In this document: positions 57,508-64,000 of the stretch, in pieces
Layout: the number at the start of each line of letters is the position of its first letter
Numbering within the stretch: position 1 is the first letter of the stretch
Assembly (NCBI GenBank): GCA_963841565.1
Contig: CAWJCY010000013.1
Coordinates: 1 to 64,000, forward strand
Reading direction: 5' to 3'
DNA length: 64,000 nucleotides
DNA from: an uncultured Nitrososphaerales archaeon
Lineage (GTDB): Archaea > Thermoproteota > Nitrososphaeria > Nitrososphaerales > Nitrososphaeraceae
Made by a program: the position numbers and the translations under genes
The notes under the pieces: generated by a model
Databases searched by the model: none
What the model saw: the letters and a program-made list of their open reading frames with translations, nothing else
Told to the model about the DNA's origin: nothing

Positions 57508-58423
57508 AATACCATCCCTTAAATCAAAGATATAATCTCTTGTATTGTTACCAAACCCAATTAGCAGATGGAGAAAGCGATATTGCGTCCGTTAGTTTCC
57601 GACACCAAATAGAGGGGCACAAAGGTTATCACCAATAATACAAGAAGAAACGACGACCAAGATAAGTGATCACTCTAGACGCATTTACAATCTATAAAAA
57701 GCAATGCAGGTGGACCTAGAGCAAACATGGTACCTCTAAGAAGGCAGGCGGCCAGAGAATTTGTCTAATCTCATGAGCGTGTTGGTCGCCTGTCCCTCAA
57801 CCCTGTGCAGGTTTTATTTTGCCAGACTTTGTAGTCATTGTTTGCTTTGCGCTTTAGTATAAAAGACATTCCGGAACTTGGTTATTCTTATTAAGAATAG
57901 GTTCGTATATCGCAGCACTACATTAAGCGTTCGTCTGTCAGATTATAGGATTCTGGGTCAGAGTCTCTTTTATTAGGTGAAAATGCGCTTTGTAATGCTC
58001 GTTGCAGTGACGGTTTGTACATGTTGGACACTAAGCGGTAAGTTTGTTAAAACAATGTCAATGCCGCAAAAATTGTTTCAATTATTAATTTCAAATCTAT
58101 AAACACACTCTGTAACCATTCATTACTTCAATTGTTGTGTTATGCCAGTTGCAAGTTGACTCATTCTAGTTTTCCTTTTATCCACTCGTTCACATCGTGG
58201 ACTTCAAATTCAAATTCAAATTCTACTTACCTGTTTGCTTCGTAGACTTGGACAGATGAACTGCTACTCCAATTCAGGGTAGCTTCTGGTCGGATTTCGT
58301 GATCAATATCTGGTCAACCATAGTAACTCTTTCTATGAACCTAAAACAAACGCCTAACGGAGTTGACTCGTATCCATGATAAGTAGTTAGATTATTTAAA
58401 GTGCGTATCACAATGGGGTCTGA

Positions 58424-58909
58424 ATGACTTCAAACCGACACAAGAATCCTATTCCGACTGTTGACATCATAATTGAACAGAATTCAAGAATTCTAATGAT
58501 AAGAAGGAAGAACGAACCCTACAAGGGGTGCTTAGCGCTTCCAGGAGGGTTCGTAAACGAAGGAGAAAGAATTGAAGATGCCGCGAGGCGAGAGGCAAAT
58601 GAAGAAACGTCCCTTAACATTGGCCTAAGAGAGATTCTTGGAGTTTACTCTGATCCAAAAAGGGATCCAAGAGGACATTTGATGTCAACTGTATTTGTTG
58701 CAATACTTCCCGTTGGTAACGATACCGAACCTGTGCAGGCATCAGCTCAGGACGATGCAGAAGAGATATATTGGATCTATTTAGACGCTCTCGACAACAG
58801 TAATATAGCTTTTGATCACAAGAAGATTCTTTTTGACTATAAAGTTTGGAAACAGTATAACGGCACATTCTGGTCGTCAAAAAGCGTTACTAACACTAAA
58901 GCCGGTTGA
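58424..58909 (+). CDS. Nudix hydrolase (ADP-ribose pyrophosphatase-like)
   Basis: Nudix box LPGGFVNEGERIEDAARREANEET, RDPRGH and AFDH. Confidence 0.93.
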   Translation: MTSNRHKNPIPTVDIIIEQNSRILMIRRKNEPYKGCLALPGGFVNEGERIEDAARREANEETSLNIGLREILGVYSDPKRDPRGHLMSTVFVAILPVGNDTEPVQASAQDDAEEIYWIYLDALDNSNIAFDHKKILFDYKVWKQYNGTFWSSKSVTNTKAG

Positions 58910-59535
58910 GCCACCTAGATTAACCTGTACTAAAGATTTTTGGATCAAGATACTACCAAAAAAGAGATTAATAGTGAAATGAATAATAATGACATTAACG
59001 TGCCGCTATGATCCATAGTATGAGCAGAATTCTATTATAGACAGTAATATGTTCTAACATGAACTCTTACTACGGAAAAGCCATAACTTTGTAATCACAG
59101 GTGTATATATTTGTAAACCATTTGTAATGTGTTATTATCTTGGGTGCTTTTAATTTATTTAAATATCTTGAAATATTTGAGACGGCGAAGTAACTCTTGA
59201 ACCTTAGAGACATAGGGAGCCCATGTTGTATTCGATATTGAGGGAGCAGAAAGTCATTTCACCTCAATAAGGGGCACTCATGATTAAGCCCCCTTTGATT
59301 AGTGATGGATTCCTTAGCTTCCACCAAATAGAATGCGGCTAAAGGTGATTAAATAAAATTCTCTGATTTAAATTTCAGTTATAAGATAATTGTCTTCTCA
59401 AGATTGAGAAATTGTTGGTGGTGATAATAAGACACATTTCCAACCAGAAATAACGCATAACATATTGGTACCACCCTAATATAATATAGCGGCTCAAATA
59501 CCTGAATGACTACTGGTATTATGCACATAGTCATT

Positions 59536-61068
59536 CTAATCGAAATTTGCAATTAGATATTGTTCAAATTTGATCGTTTCATTTTTTCCTAACAAAATGT
59601 CGTCATGAAAGATTGCCTTTTTCCCTTTAGATACATAAATCTTGAGAATGGACGAATCCCTTAGTAATTCCGCAACCAAGTCAGGTCCCTTTGCTAACAT
59701 CCCCCTCTCACCTAGAGCATACAAGGTATAATTATTATCATTGCCTTTTTCCAGCTTTGGATTCTCAAACACCAAGTCATATCTGTTTATTCTATCTTCA
59801 ATAACCAGCCTCAATTTTCCAATCTTGTCATCAATTTCCGCTTTCAAAACATATCTATCAAGACTTTCTATCTCGATACTACTCCCAATCTGTGCTTCCG
59901 CATTATCACTAGCGGTATGATGGGAATTTCCATCCGCCTTTCGAGTCCATATCATCCCTTCCTCTGCTACAACTATTCTAAACTTGCCTTGCGCCCCAGA
60001 TATCTTAAGATGTGAATCAATTGTGCTCTGAAGTCCTGCTGAAGTCATTGGTTTAGTGGGTCCTCTGAACCACTGATTCGAACCTTCATCAAAATCTTCA
60101 AGACCACTGTAATGTACTATGTAACATTCCTTGGCGTTCCACCTTCTGACGAGATCATATGCTTCGGTGACCGAGATCATGCCTGTTTCAGGGTGCGGGT
60201 TATAAGTTTCAGCCCCAAGAATTAGTAAATCTGGATTCCAAAATACACTTTCTTTAGCTTCTGGGAGGGACAAAAAATCCCATCCTATAATTATCTTCAT
60301 ATTCAGAATGTTTACAACATAGATAACAGAGTCATCCGAAGACTCATTCCCGTGGTATGCTTGAAAAGCGATTATCGAAAATGGTCCCACATTGAAATAT
60401 TCGTTGGGAGTTACAACTTGGAAGTCTACGTACTTTTCAATATTATTCTTTGTCAAAGGGGTGCGCGACAATAAATCATCAATTATATGTTTCTCGCATG
60501 CACGCGTACAATAGACTCTAATTTTGCTCCTCGCTACATTCTCTGCGATTGAGGACTGCCGTTGAATAAGTTTGGGAAGGTCACTTATATGATCCTTATG
60601 TGAATGAGAAATTAGTAAAGCGTCAAAAAGACGAGCGTCTTCTTTTCGTAGAGCTGGATCCTGCGTTTGAGAGCTGCGCGAAGAGAGTAGCAATGGGGAA
60701 CCTATCGCTGGACTAGGATGTAAGCTCGGCTGACCGTGATTTCTCTCTGAGCGATATTTTTCTATCCCTAGGTCTGAAAGTCCTTTTTCAACACTACTAA
60801 TTACGCCTTCGCCGAGATCGAAGAGGATATGAAAGTCTGAATCAAAAGTATTCTGTTTGGTTTCTTGGATTATTATTGAACAAGATGTATTTGCGTCACT
60901 CCTAGATTGTACTATCTCTGCATATCTTTCAGATGTCTCTTGAGTACCCAAACGGCTCTTATCAGGTATGACTCCATTAATTCTGACGATTACCTCTTTT
61001 TGACTTAATTGATTATCACCGGAAGATTGAGCAAGATTCTTAATATTTTTGTCATACGATGGAATCAT
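59536..61068 (-). CDS. Metallo-beta-lactamase-fold hydrolase (PhnP/RNase Z-like) with an extra C-terminal domain
   Basis: ILFDLGEG, SHSHKDH (HxHxDH), AYHG, GWDF and IVHYS, followed by about 120 aa of beta-rich C-terminal extension. Confidence 0.85.
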   Translation of the reverse strand: MIPSYDKNIKNLAQSSGDNQLSQKEVIVRINGVIPDKSRLGTQETSERYAEIVQSRSDANTSCSIIIQETKQNTFDSDFHILFDLGEGVISSVEKGLSDLGIEKYRSERNHGQPSLHPSPAIGSPLLLSSRSSQTQDPALRKEDARLFDALLISHSHKDHISDLPKLIQRQSSIAENVARSKIRVYCTRACEKHIIDDLLSRTPLTKNNIEKYVDFQVVTPNEYFNVGPFSIIAFQAYHGNESSDDSVIYVVNILNMKIIIGWDFLSLPEAKESVFWNPDLLILGAETYNPHPETGMISVTEAYDLVRRWNAKECYIVHYSGLEDFDEGSNQWFRGPTKPMTSAGLQSTIDSHLKISGAQGKFRIVVAEEGMIWTRKADGNSHHTASDNAEAQIGSSIEIESLDRYVLKAEIDDKIGKLRLVIEDRINRYDLVFENPKLEKGNDNNYTLYALGERGMLAKGPDLVAELLRDSSILKIYVSKGKKAIFHDDILLGKNETIKFEQYLIANFD

Positions 61069-61558
61069 ATTCTATAAATGCAACAAATGATTTATAACTA
61101 TTATAGGTTGTCAATTGCGAAAATTAGAGATTCAGATCAATGGTTTCTGGTTAATTCAAAAGCATTTCTAACCAACAAATATCATGAATTATCTGGCAAC
61201 CTTCAAATGTGGCTCAAATGCCATTACTGATCTGAAGGATTACTGTTCGAGTTTAAAGCTTGCCAAAAATTAGTTGGAGAATAATTAGTTTTTTGATGAG
61301 CACTTTGTCAATAGAAATAGTTATAAAACTCAAATATGGAATATGAGCGAAATCTGAATAATTTCCGAGACAATGACACGCAGAAAAGGTGCAGAGATAT
61401 TTGTTGAATTCGTCCAAAACCACACTAGTCATGTTCGTCCTACCTCTCTTTTCAGCCCCACTTTGATAATACTAGCGATATCAGATCATACTAGACCCCA
61501 CCAAGAAACAGAATCACAGTAGAGGAAAGTTACCTGTGCTTTCATACTCTTGAGCGCA

Positions 61559-61795
61559 TTACTCCCGCCCGTATAATTCCTTGTCAAAGGACAAAATCGC
61601 AAGAATCAACGCTGTAACAGCGAATATTCCTGCAATTGTGTAAAATTGCCATGGCACTGTAGGAGCAGAAGCTGGCAGTGCGTAAGAGAATACAAATGCA
61701 ACAAAAAAGAGCACAGCGACCACGATACCACCAACAAGTCTCCAAACTGACCGGTCGAACCTTTTAAGGAATCTAATTTTAGAATATATATTCAT
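61559..61795 (-). CDS. Small two-helix membrane protein
   Basis: Two hydrophobic helices in 78 aa. Confidence 0.7.
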   Translation of the reverse strand: MNIYSKIRFLKRFDRSVWRLVGGIVVAVLFFVAFVFSYALPASAPTVPWQFYTIAGIFAVTALILAILSFDKELYGRE

Positions 61796-62643
61796 TCATT
61801 TGCCTCGAGCTTATTCACGAGTAATAGCTAAAATTTAATGTTGAGATCACGAAATCAAAAACCCTCACCTCATAGCTGACGACTGACAAACTAGACTAGT
61901 AGAGATTCGCTAATAGCTAAATTTGTTAACATACAGGTCGGTCGCAATTCAGCCATTAGATCAGTGTTACTTTGATGTTCGATTTATAGACTGAAGGGAG
62001 AGAAAGTGAGATAATCTATGGGACCGGTTAATTTGCCAAGTGTACTTGTTGATACAAATACTCGAATCAATATGCATACCGAAAATTGGAGAATGATGAG
62101 TCCAGCTCAGACTTCAAACTCTGAAAGGGTGGTTCGAGACTACTCACCACAATTCAAAGGACGATCGTGCTGTAGAATACTTCAGAGGCTTATGGTATGC
62201 GGCTCGCTGAACTGAAATTCATCGATAAGGGGATCACAAACATGTCATAGGACCAAGGCATTGGGGATGGGCATGTAGAGAGGGAAGTGAAAATAAATAA
62301 ACTCTGAGAATTAATTTATGACGTCGACCAAAGAGAAAGTATCCAAGTCTTTCGACTGATAATGTCTTAGCGCTTAAATGAGATAAGAATTACTCTAAAA
62401 TCTTGAATCCTACTAGTATCATTATTCTTATTTCGTAATCAACGGTAGAAGTTCTTTCTACAAGGTTTACTTGAAGTTGACATTATTAACAAATGGTATA
62501 ATTTCAGTCTTTTCAGTTATTCAATCAACGTCATTGAATTTTTAGAAAGCCTACAAGTGAACTTCTTACAAATTTCTTCATTTTCACTAGATCACGCTGA
62601 TATGGGTTACACATGATGAAAGTTTTTATAAGTCCCATCTGAC

Positions 62644-63804
62644 TTGGTAATATTGGTAAACCTGGGACTGTTTTTCGTTATTGTTGCGAGTATTGTGACC
62701 TCATTTATGTCGTACTCGACAAGTCAATTTCAAAATTCTCATTTTTCCACGGAAGCTTTGTCAGTAAACCAAGCTCTGGCACAACCAGATGGAGACGGTT
62801 CGTCCGAGCCCACTGACTTGGGAGAAGCTGACAATCAGCAGACTGAAAATGAGAATGGTCCTGAACCTCCAGGCGATTCAGGTGGGTCCCCTTCAGAGGA
62901 TCTGGTCGTTCCACCTAGCGACGGGTGCCCTACAGATTTTGTATTGGACCCAACGACAGGGGAGTGCGATTCGACTTTAGGTCCTTGCCCAGAAGGCGAG
63001 ACCAGGGGGCAGGCTGGATTTTGTGCAGTAATGCCTGAAAATTGCCCTCCTGGTATGTATATCAATGAGGATCCTCTTTGCGAGCCCTGCCCAACTGTAG
63101 GTGATGTTCCCAGCGAGTGTACTGCTCCAGAACCAGAGCCAGAACCAGAGCCAGTAACGCAACCAGAACCAGAGCCAGAACCAGAGTCAGTAACGCAACC
63201 AGAACCAGAGCCAGAACCAGAGTCAGTAACGCAACCAGAGCCTCTGCCCAATCTAAATAACACTACAAATCCTGGTAATGCGTCTATCATTACTATTAAC
63301 AATGCTATAGCACAAGCATTTTCTAGTACGACTTATAACACCAATGTTCTACAACAATTGGCACAGAACACCCTCCTTGTGGGTGAGGAAACAATCCCTC
63401 TGCAAGGTATGATTAAGGCAAATGATTCAAGACTACTTTCTACATTTGATCCGTTTAGACTAATAGGTGGTAGCGCAATAGTTTACCTTCCGACTAGCAA
63501 TCTTTCTTCCTCATCCTCATCTTTTCCTACCAGTACTTCATTTGTAACGACTCCTAGTAACCTTCAGCTAATAGCATTCGATGATGATACTCAGCAGTAT
63601 GTTACTCTCCCATCCATGAAGATGTCCATCCTGGAAAACTCTTATAAGACCGTTCTAGGAGCGGCGTTTCAAGGTACTAATCCATTTACCGGAGAGCAAG
63701 TTACTGTAGACAATATCAAAGCACTATTTTTGCTTAATGAATCTAATCAAACAATCTCCCTTGGATATGGTAGTAGCGTTGCTCTGCTGACGATAGTAAG
63801 GTAA
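62644..63804 (+). CDS. Surface protein: signal/anchor, CPxG Cys-rich repeats, PE-rich stalk and C-terminal beta domain
   Basis: CPTD..C, CPEG..C and CPPG..C units followed by PEPE repeats. Confidence 0.85.
   Translation: MVILVNLGLFFVIVASIVTSFMSYSTSQFQNSHFSTEALSVNQALAQPDGDGSSEPTDLGEADNQQTENENGPEPPGDSGGSPSEDLVVPPSDGCPTDFVLDPTTGECDSTLGPCPEGETRGQAGFCAVMPENCPPGMYINEDPLCEPCPTVGDVPSECTAPEPEPEPEPVTQPEPEPEPESVTQPEPEPEPESVTQPEPLPNLNNTTNPGNASIITINNAIAQAFSSTTYNTNVLQQLAQNTLLVGEETIPLQGMIKANDSRLLSTFDPFRLIGGSAIVYLPTSNLSSSSSSFPTSTSFVTTPSNLQLIAFDDDTQQYVTLPSMKMSILENSYKTVLGAAFQGTNPFTGEQVTVDNIKALFLLNESNQTISLGYGSSVALLTIVR
63127..63234 (+). repeat. 3 x 36-bp coding tandem repeat (PEPEPEPE[P/S]VTQ)
   Basis: Unit ccagaaccagagccagaaccagag(c/t)cagtaacgcaa at 63127, 63163 and 63199. 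Confidence 0.92.
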
Positions 63805-64000
63805 ATAGTCGACAAGAAACCTAATTACGTTCTCTTCCTATGGAACAGCCTCACACACGCCTGTCGTACACAAAAAAGATAAAGCACAGGGATCAGCGAT
63901 CATTTTTATACTACCTAAAATAATTTCTGCTAGTGATCGAATCGATCCTTCTCTTTACCAAATGAACGGAACAGCATCCCACTAAAGACCAATATTGCCG

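Overview
This is a low-GC, intergenic-rich archaeal chromosome segment, most likely from a soil ammonia-oxidising thaumarchaeote (Nitrososphaeraceae). The assignment rests on a TFB paralogue, a thaumarchaeal-type GlnA, a single-domain parvulin, a DUF6659-like protein, receiver-only response regulators and many lineage-specific secreted proteins. I found no rRNA, tRNA, CRISPR array or intact mobile element. About 55 CDSs are supportable. Roughly ten are split by single-base indels, mostly +1 insertions and including glnA and tfb, which points to long-read assembly error. The best candidate for an undescribed system is at 1638-4938: a receiver-only regulator, a MinD/ParA ATPase, and a fusion of a KaiC-like ATPase, a half-LIM zinc finger and a class III nucleotide cyclase with non-canonical specificity residues. 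It is followed directly by a cluster of secreted low-complexity proteins. Two motifs recur across the window: a Cys-bridged chaplin/curli-like Q/N/G domain in short and long forms, and a C-terminal PFP tag on small acidic secreted proteins. Other highlights are a 710-bp near-identical beta-helix gene duplication with diverged signal peptides and promoters, an orphan solute-binding protein abutting a histidine kinase, an RHH gene pair around a dense operator-like motif array, and an unannotated 36-aa zinc-finger microprotein. All family assignments are by eye from motifs; no searches were run.
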